A stretch of DNA of 64,000 nucleotides. Source: Octopus vulgaris. Lineage: Eukaryota. The stretch lies in contig OX597837.1 of NCBI GenBank assembly GCA_951406725.2, positions 27,094,001-27,158,000 on the forward strand. Direction: 5' to 3'. The notes below the pieces were generated by a model that worked only from the letters and a program-made list of their open reading frames with translations, searched no databases and was not told the origin of the DNA. The position numbers were made by a program, and so were the translations under genes. Position 1 is the first letter of the stretch. Every line of letters starts with the position of its first letter. Of this stretch, positions 1 to 13,982 are shown one piece after another.

Positions 1-169
1 TTATTACACATAAATGTAATGTGTAATAATGCCCTCTATACAATATAAATTAATATTTTCATGTGAAAAAATTATTTTTGAATTTTTTCTCTTATGAGGT
101 TTTTCACGCTAACTACCTGATAATTTCTTGTTAAGATTCCTTATTAAGAGGTTATCCTTAATTGTTAAA

Positions 170-232
<63 letters not shown>

Positions 233-281
233 AGCTAATCAATCAATATCTCATAGCTAAACTATCCATATCTTTACTTAA

Positions 282-502
282 CTCTTCCGTTACCAACCCG
301 GCTGAAACCGCCTCTGGCTCTGTAGTACAAATGTCTTGTTTTCATAAGTTTTGAATTAAAATCTTCCACCAAACCATAGTCACAATTTATATTCCTAACA
401 CTAGCTAAATGAAAGTGAAGTTATTTTACTAAATTCTTTGTTATATCTAAAATAATTAAGAGAAACACAGAACATCTCAAAATAAATACAGTAATGAAAG
501 GG
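282..502. mobile_element. piggyBac-like MITE (~220 bp, TTAA target)
   Basis: TTAA at 278-281 and 503-506; imperfect terminal inverted repeats (CTCTTCCGTTAC / GTAATGAAAGGG). Confidence 0.6.
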
Positions 503-881
503 TTAAATATTTAACACTTTAGCATTTATCTGGTCATATCCAGCTAAAATAATCTTTCCTTTTCATGTTCAACCTGGCCAGATCTGGCTCTCTCACAAAC
601 AGTTACCCCATCAAAGTCTCATAGCTACAAGATGATACATAAATAATTCAATGCAATGTGAATAATAAAGTATTAATTTTGGCAAAATTATGTGAATGTG
701 AAAGAATGAATGAATGAATGGAGAAATGAAGAGAAAGAAGGAAGAAGAAGAAAGAAATGAGCTTACAAGTAAATAATTATTTGTACATTTTTTTGGTAGT
801 GTGCTGCTGAGTGAGAAGTTAATTCTTAGGAAGCTGATACATGTTTGATTGCAAATGTTCGACGTCTTTGGTAATTATTGA

Positions 882-2030
882 ACATGACCCGACTTTTCGT
901 CTGATGTCACTTTGTCCAACATCACTTCATCCACGTCTTTTTGGTTTGACATTTTTTTGTCCAACGACTTCTTGTCCAACATCACTTCATCCACGTCTTT
1001 TGGTTTGATATTTTTTTGTCCAACGACTTCTTGTCCAACATCACTTCATCCACGTCTTTTGGTTTGATATTTTTTTGTCCAACGACTTCTTGTCCAACAT
1101 CACTTCATCCACGTCTTTTGGTTTGACATTTTTTTGTCCAACGACTTCTTGTCCAACATCACTTCATCCACGTCTTTTGGTTTGACATTTTTTTGTCCAA
1201 CGACTTCATGTCCAACATCACTTCATCCACGTCTTTTTGGTTTGACATTTTTTTGTCCAACGACTTCTTGTCCAACATCACTTCATCCACGTCTTTTGGT
1301 TTGACATTTTTTTGTCCAACGACTTCTTGTCCAACATCACTTCATCCACGTCTTTTGGTTTGACATTTTTTTGTCCAACGACTTCTTGTCCAACATCACT
1401 TCATCCACGTCTTTTGGTTTGACATCTTTTGTCCAACGACTTCTTGTCCAACATCACTTCATCCACGTCTTTTGGTTTGACATCTTTTGTCCAACGACTT
1501 CTTGTCCAACATCACTTCATCCACGTCTTTTGGTTAGACATTTTTTTGTCCAACGACTTCTTGTCCAACATCACTTCATCCACGTCTTTTGGTTTGACAT
1601 TTTTTTGTCCAACGACTTCTTGTCCAACATCACTTCATCCACGTCTTTTGGTTTGACATTTTTGTCCAACGACTTCTTGTCCAACATCACTTCATCCACG
1701 TCTTTTGGTTTGACATTTTTTTGTCCAACGACTTCTTGTCCAACATCACTTCATCCATCTTTTGTTGACATTTTTTGTCCAACGACTTCTTGTCCAACAT
1801 CACTTCATCCACGTCTTTTGGTTTGACATTTTTTTGTCCAACGACTTCTTGCCCAATTTTAAATAAACTCTTTAGAAAACAAAGTGAACATTAAATTAAA
1901 TAATTATTGAGAATTTTATTGATATGATTTGACATTGGACAAAAAAATCATTAGACAAAATGATGTCAGACCAAAAGACATGGACAAAAAACGTTAGATG
2001 CAGTAACATTAGACAAAACGACATAGCACG
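882..2030. mobile_element. Foldback-like element carrying a ~59-bp tandem array
   Basis: Array ~909-1857; degenerate inverted copy ~1930-2030; ATTATTGA on both flanks (874-881, 2031-2038). Confidence 0.5.
909..1857. repeat. Minisatellite, ~59-bp unit built of four ~15-bp subrepeats, ~16 copies
   Basis: Unit ttgtccaacgacttc-ttgtccaacatcact-tcatccacgtctttt-ggtttgacattttt seen directly. Confidence 0.95.
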
Positions 2031-2337
2031 ATTATTGAGAGGAATTAATTAAATTATTTCCCCCAGCCACCCTACATCTCCCTTCTTTGCAAACCCTCAA
2101 GTGGTTCTCAGCAAAATGGCTCTGTGCTTAGCAAGTCCAAAATATTCAACTTCAAATTAAGTAAATGAAAACTGTGTAGCAGACTTCATCCATTGCCCTG
2201 ATCAGAGGATTGAGATTCTCTCATCAGTCTTGGACACAGCATAAAGTGTCATAAAGTGCAGCCTTTCCTTATTCGACCAACCATTAAAAACAGCTTTGCT
2301 CTCACATAACGACTATAATTACTATTTCATTATATTG

Positions 2338-2425
<88 letters not shown>

Positions 2426-3108
2426 GCATGATTTGAAGCAGTGAGCTGCAGAATTGTTCGCACATTGAACAGATGTGAACCTTCTAGATATAGGCACCTA
2501 ATCACATCTCACCATCTTAAACATGAGAAGGGCATATTAGATAATTAGAAATATTATGGCTGAAAAATCTGATGGAATGGCCAGGGCTTAAATATCTTTG
2601 ATCATAGGCCTGCTTGGTGAGAGCTGACCCAGGGTTAAACAATGCTCCCATCCTTCTGTCAAAGGGACAGCATCAAAATAACAATGAGACCTCCCTTAAA
2701 TTACATTTGACTGACTAAAAATTGAGAAGGACACATTCTTAAATGTAGTTTTAAACACAAAACAAAACAAAATAACTGAAAATAGATGGAGTGGTCACTG
2801 TTGGAATGACTTTAATATTAGATTTACTGTCTCAGGGCAAAAGAAAGTCTTTAGATAATAAATATTGTTTTTTATATACTCTCTCCTATCTTCCCATGTC
2901 GCCAGTTCTGATTCATTTTGCATTCCTCTTCTTTTCTGCTGAATTCTCTTAATATTTCTGTCACCTACCTCTGCAGACCGCTATATTTCTTGCCATTTCT
3001 TGATTTTTCTTCCAAATTCTCTTGAATTTCCTCTGAAACAGGACAGTTGTTGTTTTCTTCGTAGATCAAATTCTTGCCAAGTTAACTATCTAATCTATCA
3101 TAGTAGTT

Positions 3109-3140
<32 letters not shown>

Positions 3141-3732
3141 CCTTTCTACTATAGGCACAAAGCCTGAAATTCTTGGGGGAATGGGACTAGTAGGACTAGT
3201 CAATTACATCGACCCCAGTGATTCACTGGTACTTATTTCATCGACCTCGGCAGAATTTGAACTCAGAACGTAAAGACTGGATGAAATGCCACTTAGCATT
3301 TTACCCGGTGTGCTAACGATTCTGCCAGTTCGCAGAATCTTGAAAATAATAATAATGATTATAATAAAGATACATTAAGCCCCTCCCTCATACACACACA
3401 CACACACACACACACCATGTTGTGATGGTACAAATCCTATGTCTCATCCCTAGTTAACTGCCATCTCGTTAAATTAATTAACCCTGGACCCTTACCATTT
3501 GGTGGAGGCATGGCTCTGTGCTTAGCAAGTCCAAAATATTCAACTTCAAATTAAGTAAATGAAAACTGTGTAGCAGACTTCATCCATTGCCCTGATCAGA
3601 GGATTGAGATTCTCTCATCGGTCTTGGACACAGCATAAAGTGTCGTAAAGTGCAGCCTTTCCTTATTCGACCAACCATTAAAAACAGCTTTGCTCTCACA
3701 TAACGACTATAATTACTATTTCATTATATTGA

Positions 3733-3782
<50 letters not shown>

Positions 3783-4019
3783 GAGTGAGAGAGCAGTTCA
3801 TGCCATCAAAGTGACACTGGGGTAAAATATACGAAGCCCAATATACCCATCATGACTACCCGTCTGATAAGGGTACACCAGGCACATGCATCACAATCAC
3901 ATGTGCGCGACATGGTAATCTCATATCAAGGTAAACAGCGCATGACCTTGCAGGTGGGGCCCAGTTAGAATTTTCTTTAGGTCCCGCTCAAAAGGTCCCT
4001 GAATAAGGGTTGTTTAAGG
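3783..4019 (-). mobile_element. Probable non-LTR retrotransposon 3' remnant inserted in (ATT)n
   Basis: Present in the 3510-4095 duplicate and absent from paralog 2116-2476; (ATT)n on both sides. Confidence 0.55.
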
Positions 4020-4579
4020 ATTATTATTATTATTATTATAGTTTACATGATTTGAAGCAGTGAGCTGCAGAATTGTTCGCACATTGAACAGATGTTTAGT
4101 AGCTTTTTTATCCAGTTCTTTACATTCTGAGTTCAAATTGTGCCAAGGTCAATTTTGTCATTCATCCTTTGAGGATCAATAAAATAAAATATCAACCAAA
4201 TCCTACAATTGATGTAATTAGCTAACCCCACCCCCTAAAATTACTGGCCTTGTGCGAAAATTAAATTTATAATTGATATATATTACGAAGGCATTGGGTT
4301 GGGGGAATTGAAGGTGGAGGTACACCCAGCAAAATGCTCAGTAGTATTTCATCCATCTATACACTCTGAGTTCAAATTCTGCTGAGGTCGCCTTTGCCTT
4401 TCGTCTTTACAAGGCTGATAAAATAAGTACCAGTTGGTACTGAAGTCAATGTAATTCACTGAAATTCTGGTCTGGTGCCAAAATTTGACCGCAATATTTT
4501 GTTAGATTCTTTTATATTCTGAGTTCAAATACCATGATGGACAACTTTTCATTCTTGTTTCCCAAAGTCAATCAATAAG

Positions 4580-4885
4580 TTGTTTTGTTCCTTTTCGAGC
4601 CATGCCTAGCTCATAAGGGCCGGTTTCCTGGTTTCTTGGCATATAGGTTCCCCACCTGGACGGGACGCCGGTCCGTCGCAGATGAGCTGTTCGATGCAGA
4701 AAGAAAGAGTGAGAGAAAGTTGTGGCGAAAGAGTCAGCAGAAGTTCGCCATTACCTTCTGCCTGAGCCGCATGGAGCTTAGGTGTTTTCACTCATAAGCA
4801 CACACATCGCCCGGTCTGAGATTCGAACCCGCAATCCCTCGACCGCGAGTCCACTGCTCTCACCACTAGGCCATGTGCCTCCACA
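4580..4885 (-). mobile_element. tRNA-derived SINE
   Basis: Minus strand A box TGGCCTAGTGG and B box GGTTCGAATC; body related to 15211-15592. Confidence 0.75.
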
Positions 4886-5564
4886 ATCAATAGGTACCAA
4901 ATATTGAGGTCAGTTTGACGAAGTCTACTTTGAGCTTGTCCCAACAAGAAACACTATTATTTAGATATTTATGAGGCTGGCATGGCTGTGTGATCAGCAG
5001 ATGATACAAATTGGTCGTTATGACAATGATATCTTCAACTGTAAACCTGAACCATCCATGTTATCATTAAAAGAGAAATATTAAAACAATGATAATCATG
5101 ACTATGGCACACCAACATTGTGTGCTGAGACATTGCTCATACACCATGCTAATTAATCAGAATATTGTTTTGTCTTGCGAGGTATTTGGTGACCCTGTCA
5201 GTGATGGTGCAACATAAAAAGCATTGCTGCTGGAGCCATGTATAAAGCATTGATACTGGTGCCTTGTAAAAAGTACTGGTACTGGTTGCCAAGTAAAAAA
5301 AACACCCAGTCCACTCTTTTAAAGTGGTTGGCACTAGGAAGGGCATTCAGTCATGTCAAAGCAGGCAATTGGTGACTGGACAGCTCCTGCCAAACTGTCC
5401 AGCCCATGCTGGCATGGGAAATGGATGTTAAAGGGATGATGGTGATGATGATAATAACAATGTTTCACTTCAAATCTTCAGATCTATCAGACTGGACTCA
5501 CAGTAGAAAATTTTATACCTAAACTAAACATCTAGCCCAATATTATTATTATTATTATTATTAC

Positions 5565-5605
<41 letters not shown>

Positions 5606-7808
5606 TTAAGGTGGTGAGCTGGCTGAATCATTAGCACCATGGGCAAAATGTTTAGCCGCATTTCGTCCGTCTTACCGTTCTGTGTTCAAATTCTGCCGAG
5701 GTCGACTTTGCCTTCCATCGTTTCAGGGTCAATAAAATAAATACTAATTGAACCCTGAGGGTTGATGTAATCAACTATCCCCCTCCTTCAAATTTAAGGC
5801 CTTGTGCCAATAGTACAAAGGATTATTATTATTATTATTATCATTACTAACAACTCATTCCTTTAGAATTCCTTCACCTAAGTTTCTAACAGTTTGATGC
5901 GGTGACTCAGTAAAGAAATGCCTCCATTAAAGATATAGATTTGGTTTATTCAATTCACAAGACTTTTGGTCCAACATCAGCAGCTGCTTCCTACTATCCT
6001 AAATGTTTTATATTTCAGCTTTTCATCCTCGGGATACCATGAGAGTTAATTTGGATGGATTACAATAAAATGCTGCTGTTTTAGTTTAGTGATGCTTGCC
6101 AGTTTTTATTTAAATCCGATTTGAGACCTTTCTTTTATAACAATCTGCCAGGATCTATAATAGAAAACCCCTACTTGAAAGTGTTCCTATTTAAATCAGA
6201 TATAAACCTTCTGCGATGTTTTTAAACAAAGAACTTTTGTAACAACATATATACAGATACACACACACACATACTTATTTATATAAATGTATATATCTAA
6301 GATGTTATTATCAACGATCTGTCTAATGCTTAGCGGCATTTCATCCATCTTGATGTTCTGAGTTCAAATTCCACTGAAGTCAACTTTGCCTTTTATCCTT
6401 TCAGGGTCGATAAAATAAGTACCAGTTGAACATTAGGGTCAATGTAATCGACTAGACTTCCCCTTAAAATTTTAGGCCTTGTGCCTATGGTAGAAAGGAT
6501 TATTAATGACCTCTTTAGTTATTTAACTAAATCCCTTCACATTCTTCATTAGTTTTTAAAATTAATTAAAAGTACAAAACAAATTATCTCTCATTTAAGA
6601 AATCCTTTCAGACCCAAGACTTATTTTGCTCTTTTCATTTCCGTAAGATGTTATCTTGTGAGACAATATGGTTAAATACCAAGTAAAGAGAAGCTGACAG
6701 CCTACATCATCCATAAACAACCAAAGACATCATCTATAAAGATACTCATATGTGGAAAAATATATCATTTATGTATTTATATGGCTGAATATTCCTTAGA
6801 CATGTGAACCCTTAATACAATTCTCAGTAGAATCGGTGTGATTAGAACTGGACCCTTTTGGGTTACAGCATACAATGCATCTGATGGGCTTCCACCCAAT
6901 TTCCCTTCCAAAGGTGCCAGGGCATAGTGGAATCAAACTTGAACCATTCCGCTCCCATGTCACGTTGGAGCAAGGCTGCTACCTTGCTCCAATCACAGAC
7001 CTTGTATGTCATTCACAGTAATTTCTCTTGCATAAACTCCTAGTTGTTCTTTATGTAATAGGTCCCTATCTCCTCTTCTATATACATGTTACTTAGAGCC
7101 TCTTTGATTGAGGCTCCCCTCCATTTTACCTCTTGCACACAATATACAGACAATTGGTCCAGCATCCCTGCAATCTCTCCTCATCTAACCTTTCCTCATA
7201 ACAGCCCCTGAAGATTTCTTCCCTACAAGAAGATCGGTTGCCGGTGACAGTAGGATTGTTGTTTAATATCTGTTTTCTGGATCTGATGTTACCTCTCAGC
7301 TTCCATACCTCCTTCTCGTAGAAACTCTCATCTGTTCTGTATGTAGAAGGTTTCTATCTCCTCCTCTTTTACATACATGTTACTTAGAGCCTCTCTGAAT
7401 ATTATGTCCGGCAATGTTGCCTCTCAGCTTCCATACCTTCTTCTCCATAATGTCTTGTGTCTCTGAATCTGTTTTACTCTAAAGTCACTCATGATGTCCA
7501 TGATTCTTCACAGCCATTTTCCTATTCTGCTGAGTGTATAAAGTCTCTTTGATTTTCTGTTTCCTTCCATGGTAGTTAATCAGGTTTCTTGAAGTTAGTG
7601 TTGCAAAGGATTTAGTCGTTTACATCACAGAATTCCAAATATTTCGATTTCTTTTCTTTCCTTGCACTACATCCATTAAAATCCCTAACCATGATAACGA
7701 AGTTATTTGTTATTGAGGCATTTGCAAGAGCACTTCATAGAAGCAGTCTTTATTGCAATGCATATATAGAGAAAGCCAACGTGACTAATCTTAGTTTAAT
7801 CATTCTAC

Positions 7809-7841
<33 letters not shown>

Positions 7842-8511
7842 ATACACGCACATTCTGGTTACCTCAATTATTTTATCAATTTCTAAATTAATTATGTCTA
7901 TTCTACTCATGCAAAAGAATATAAACCTATGATCAATGCCGGTGAAAAATTTGATTGAGGCTCCCCTCCATTTTACCTCTTGCACACAATACACAGACAA
8001 TTGGTCCAGCATCCCTGCAATCTCTCCTCATCTAACCTTTCCTTATAACAGCCCCTGAAGATTTCTTTCCTACAAGAAGATGGGTTGCCGGTGACAGTAG
8101 GATTGTTGTTTAATATCTGTTTTCTGGATCTGAAAGAAAGAAGGTTTCATGATGTTCAAGAGGTTCTCACTAAGTTTAGCATTAACTGTGTGGCATTAAC
8201 TTTGTATTAGGCCCATACATGCATTTAGTGTTTTCGTTGTTTTTCCGATCTTCAGGATTTTAACAACTATTTTGCACCATAGACCTGGTGTTACCATTTT
8301 ACCATGCCACCACCACCAAAGAATTCGTCTGCCAATATTAATGTGCACCAGAAGGTGGCGAGCTGGCAGGACCATTAGCATGCCAGGCAAAAAATATATA
8401 TAAGAAGAGTGTTGTAGTTTGCTTGCAGCATTGTGATACAGAAGTAAAATAATAAAATAATGAAAGGGGAGAACTTGCTATAATGTGAAAGGAGATAGTT
8501 AAGAAATCTTC

Positions 8512-8912
8512 ATGTGGCTGTGTGGTAAGTAGCTTACTTACCAACCACATGGTTCCGGGTTCAGTCCCACTGCATGGCACTTTGGGCAAGTGTCTTCCAC
8601 TATAGCCTCGGGCTGACCAATGCCTTGTGAGTGGGTTTGGTAAACGGAAACTGAAAGAACCCCATCATATATATGTATACATATGTATGTGTGTGTATAT
8701 GCTTGTGTGTCTGAGTTTATCCCCCCCCCACCAACATCTCTTGACAAACGATGGTGGTGTATTTGCATCCAATTAATTTAGTTGTTCAGCAAAAACAGGC
8801 TGATAGATTAAAGTACTAGGCTTACAAAGAATAAGTCCTGGGGTTGATTTGCTCGACTAAAGGTGGTGCTCCAGCATGGCCACAGTCAAATGACTGAAAT
8901 AAGTAAAAGAGC
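8512..8912 (+). mobile_element. tRNA-derived SINE family A (GGCGCAGGAGTGGCTGTGTGG.. head, internal TA/TG microsatellite, AAAAGAGT tail)
   Basis: Matches many near-identical copies in the window. Confidence 0.8.
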
Positions 8913-9162
8913 ATATTTTAGGTATAAAGACGGAGAATGATATATTTAAAAAAAATATAGAACAAAGATTTGGAGAGGACCAAGGTGGACAAGTTATGAA
9001 CAAAAAATAAAAGTAATTTCAAAGAAAGGCAGATAATCCTGGAAATACTGAGATTATCTCCTCTTCATGAGTTTTTGTGCATTAACTAATTACACTTATT
9101 CACCATTCCTGTTTGATGAAAGTGGTCTGTGCCACAACCCACAATACTTTGGTATTTTAAAA

Positions 9163-9213
<51 letters not shown>

Positions 9214-9245
9214 TCAGACTCAGTATTTTCACATTTTAAGATATT

Positions 9246-9441
9246 CATCGTCATCATCATCATCATCGTTTAGCATCCGTTTTCCATGCTAACATGGGTT
9301 GGACGGTTCTACTGGGGTCTGTGAAGCCAGAAGGCTTCATCAGGCCCAGTCAAATCTGACAGTGTTTCTACGGCTGGATGCCCTTCCTAACGCCAACCAC
9401 TCCGTGAGTGTAGTGGGTGCTTTTTACGTGCCACCCGCACA
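9246..9441 (-). mobile_element. RTE-type LINE/SINE 3' end with (GAT)n tail
   Basis: GTTGGCGTTAGGAAGGGCATCCAGCCGTAGAAAC motif; other copies near 5.3k, 31.3k, 47.7k, 50.3k, 53.0k, 55.5k, 56.6k. Confidence 0.65.
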
Positions 9442-9997
9442 TAAATAAATGCTGCTTCCACTGCCATTAAGGTGAATAACTCTTAGGTGGTAGATGTGAG
9501 TTACTTCCCCTTGACTGTCTCAGGTGTGAATTTTTGTGATGTTAGTGGGGGGAGTAATTTTAATTAAAAATTAAACAACAAATACTTTGCATAGAATTAA
9601 GATTAATAAATCAAAAATAATGGGTGGGGTCTATGAGAACAAAATTAGAGAAATGAGATAAAATTTAATATTAAGTAATTTCAAATCTGCATTTGTTTTG
9701 CAACAGGTGCTTCTAAATGTGTCTGCATTTCCCAAATTTCTCTGATCTTGTATTTGAATAGAAGTTTTAATTATGTAGGTTTTAAAGATTTTCATTTTTG
9801 CTGCAGTGAACAGATCACATCTGTTTTTGTTTATACCATTTAGATTATTTGTTGACTTTCTGTTCAGTGCAGTAGTCAAGTAATTTTGCTGTTCCAATGA
9901 TTTCTTTATGTCTGAAATAGAAAAAGGATTGCAAAATTGCTGCTTATATTTCGCTTCCAGCACGCCAATGATTGAAACTATAAAATCATTATATAAA

Positions 9998-10044
<47 letters not shown>

Positions 10045-10093
10045 GATATCCATCTTATACATATAATTTATATATGAATATATTATTTCTACA

Positions 10094-10147
<54 letters not shown>

Positions 10148-11038
10148 AGATTTATATGTTGTATAATCGTTTGTACCTGTCCAAATTCCATTCATGAGTG
10201 TGTGACCCTAACTACAGATGCTAAGGTCTATGAGTCTCTATGGAAGTTCATAATCAATACTTTGGTATTTTAAAAAGAAAAGCACCACACCCACACACAC
10301 ATACACACACACACGCATGCATATATTTATATATATATATTTATATACACATATATTTCTTTGTCAGTCTGTATTATAACTCAGCTGATAAATTGGATTA
10401 TTTCCCCTTACCTAAAAAGTTTACAACTGTGTGCTTGAGGCCACATCACCTGCACTTGTAAGTGACTCTGAATTATCTCCCATTCACCATCACTAATCAC
10501 CAAAAAGAAAAACTTTTATTCTTTTGCTAATTTCATTTATATTTCTATGATGTACATAGACAGATGTGAACACTACATTATAAGAAGTTCAAATATTACT
10601 AATCTTGTTGCTTTATCTATGTAAAGGGACACAACACAGCTATATATTCTGCTCTTAACACAGACATGTATATATATATTATAATTGGTTTCTGCAGTTT
10701 TACTCTGCCAAATATATTTTATATCACATTATTGGCCCAAGATCTGCCATGGTAATCCATCTTTTGATGGACTTCATTCTTTAATACAGCCTTCTGTTTG
10801 AGTTAGCTTTCTTTATTTGCATTAACTTGTAAATATACAAGAGTTTTCTGTAATGCTTAGTGCGCTTATTAATGCAAACATGTAGACATAATTTCTGGCA
10901 TGCCGAAATTAATACTACATGAAGAAGATTGCGAAACAGCTGTAATCATATGGAAGTCACGTAGTCAAATAATCTTTATTTACCGCTTATAGCTCCTAAC
11001 CTTATATTTACACACACACACAAACATATGTATGTGTA

Positions 11039-11224
<186 letters not shown>

Positions 11225-11792
11225 TTTAAATCACACAACAACCAGTATTTAGAATTCTATAGATATTCTTGTGTATACAAAGGGAAACTGCAAGGAAGAC
11301 TTGTATTATACAGGGTATGAGTGTCCTTCAGTTGAAATCTGCAGTTGTGTTGGTCACTTACCTGATTGTCTAAGCTGTCTTCACACCTGTCCTGCATTTG
11401 CGAATTCCTTTATTTTACTGTAGGATACCAACACATGTAGCACTAACAAGTTTCTTTACAAAATGTTCTCACATTCTAAAAGGACAGAACCTGTCATCAG
11501 GGGGTCTCTTAGCTTAATGGTTCAGAGTGCTCAGCCAGAATTTGAGAGGTGCCGAGCCCAATTTCCTGAGGAGGCTTGCCGGTCCCATTTTTCTGTAATC
11601 TAAAGGGTTTTTACCTGATTTTCTAAGATGACTTCGCAATCTTCCTGCACTCACAAAATCCTTTATTGATGTGCATTTCTGGCACAATTGCCACTTATAA
11701 ATTTGTTTACAAAACAGAATGATTTGTTTCTGACACATTTAGTTTCTAGATATTACATAAACAGTGTCTCCTGCTTTGTTTTGCTATACATA

Positions 11793-11855
<63 letters not shown>

Positions 11856-11869
11856 GTATGTATATACAT

Positions 11870-11924
<55 letters not shown>

Positions 11925-12434
11925 CCTACTTTTCGGCAGGAAGCACAGATGCGGGCAGCAGCGTTGAACTCCCTTGTTGACCGAGTGCCATGTATCAGAG
12001 GTGGTTTCACATACTAGTGTAGCTCATTCAACGGTGGTGACTCAGCATGGGCTTTTGGGCTGAAACATTTTTAAGGATTTAAGGATTTATATATATATAT
12101 ATATATATAAATTTAAAATGAGAGTGAGAAACGTTCTTTAACTGGCAAATGCCACTGCAGTAAATTATTTTCTGCAGTATATATTTTTCTGGTAATTTGG
12201 TGCGCCAAAATGAAGATATTTGAATAGTAACCATGAGTGTAATAGGTAGAACTATATACAGATCTGACTTTGTGCAGACGTCCTAGTATATAGTTCTGCA
12301 AATTATATTTGTTTGGATGGTCACACCAAAGATCTACAGACAAATTGCGTAAGTAAAATTATGTAATATGTTAATAGTGAAACATGTATGTGAATAATCA
12401 TGTATGTGTGTGTGTGTGTATGCAACCTCATCCT

Positions 12435-12485
<51 letters not shown>

Positions 12486-12553
12486 TATATATATATAGAT
12501 AGATAGACAGATAATATATATTTTAGTATATATATATGCATGTATATATATGC

Positions 12554-12601
<48 letters not shown>

Positions 12602-13112
12602 TGTATATTCTAGTTTGTGTGCATATATATATATATATATAAACAAAATTTAAGTAAAACTCTGTATTATGGAATCATGGGAACCTTCGTGAAGTTACCA
12701 CTTGGATTTTAAATCATAAACACACATATATACATATATATATAAGATAAACTACTTACAGAATATACCTATAAGATAAACAATATTTAAGAGAGACATT
12801 CCAACTATGCCACCCACCTGTCTTTTTTGTAACTGCAATGAATATTTTGTAATTCAGTTGTGTGTGAGTTGATGAATATAGAATTTTTTTTTTTGCTAGA
12901 AATAGAAGCTCAAGAATGATTTTAATTATAGGTCAGCTTACTTGAAGCATAACAACAACAACATGCTACTAAAAGCTTTCAACATCAAAGGAGACCAGTT
13001 ACACATAGGTGTGCAAACAGAATTTGTTTTTGAACATTGCAAAATTCTTCTGTTGCTAAGAGTGAGTATAACTTTGTTTTGATAAGGTTTTATGTGCGTG
13101 TGTGTGTGTGTG

Positions 13113-13929
13113 TGTAAAGGTGGATGGCTCAGTGGTTAGAGCACTAGGCGGTGAGCTGGCAGAATCGTTAGCACGTCGGGCGAAATGCTTAGCGGTATTT
13201 CGGCTGCCGTTACGTTGTGAGTTCAAATTCCGCCGAGGTCGACTTTGCCTTTCATCCTTTCGGGGTCGATAAATTAAGTACCAGTTATGCACTGGGGTCG
13301 ATGTAATCGACTTAATACCTATGTCTGTCCTTGTTTGTCCCCTCTGTGTTTAGCCCCTTGTGGGTAATAAAGAAATAGGTTAGAGCACTAGGCTTACAAT
13401 TGCGAGGTTGTGAGTTCAATTCTCAGACCAAGCTGTGTATTGTGTTCTTGAGCAAGACCCTTTATTTCATATTGCGTCAGTTAAACTCAGGTGCAGAAAT
13501 ATGTAACATCACTGATATCAAGCTGTATTGGCCTTTGCCTTTCCTTTGGATAACATCAGTTGTGTGGAGAGGGGAGACTGGTATGCATGGACGACTGCTG
13601 GTCTTCCATAAACAACCTTGCCTGGGCTTGTGCCATTGAGAAGAACTTTCTAAGTGCAATCAAGGCAGCAAGCTGGCAGAAACATTAGCACGCCAGGAGA
13701 AATGCTTAGCAGTATTTCATTTGTCATTACGTTCTGAGTTCAAATTCCGCTGAGGTCGACTTTGCCTTTCATCCTTTCGGGGTCGATAAATTAAGTACCA
13801 GTTATGCACTGGGGTCAATGTAATCGACTTAATCCCTTTGTCTATCCTTGTTTGTCCCTTCTATGTTTAGCCCCTTTTGGGCAATAAAGGAATGAGAACT
13901 TTCTAAGTGCAATCTCCAAAGGGGGTCAT

Positions 13930-13930
<1 letters not shown>
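13113..13930 (+). mobile_element. tRNA-derived SINE with two nested family-B SINE insertions
   Basis: TSDs GGTTAGAGCACTA (13134-13146/13378-13390) and AGAACTTTCTAAGTGCAATC (13642-13661/13895-13914). Confidence 0.85.

Positions 13931-13982
<52 letters not shown>

Noticed and set aside
909-1857. CRISPR array, or coding ORFs 1371..1826 and 1429..1656
   Set aside because: Units are contiguous with no unique spacers; variable T-runs shift frames; eukaryotic context with no cas genes.
2880-6070. Isolated exon-like segments (~2965-3080 minus, ~6019-6068 plus)
   Set aside because: Short, no homology, and cannot be chained into a gene model.
11255-11423. Cys-rich peptide frame on the + strand
   Set aside because: No start or signal peptide, and it overlaps a diverged repeat; likely chance from TG-rich sequence.
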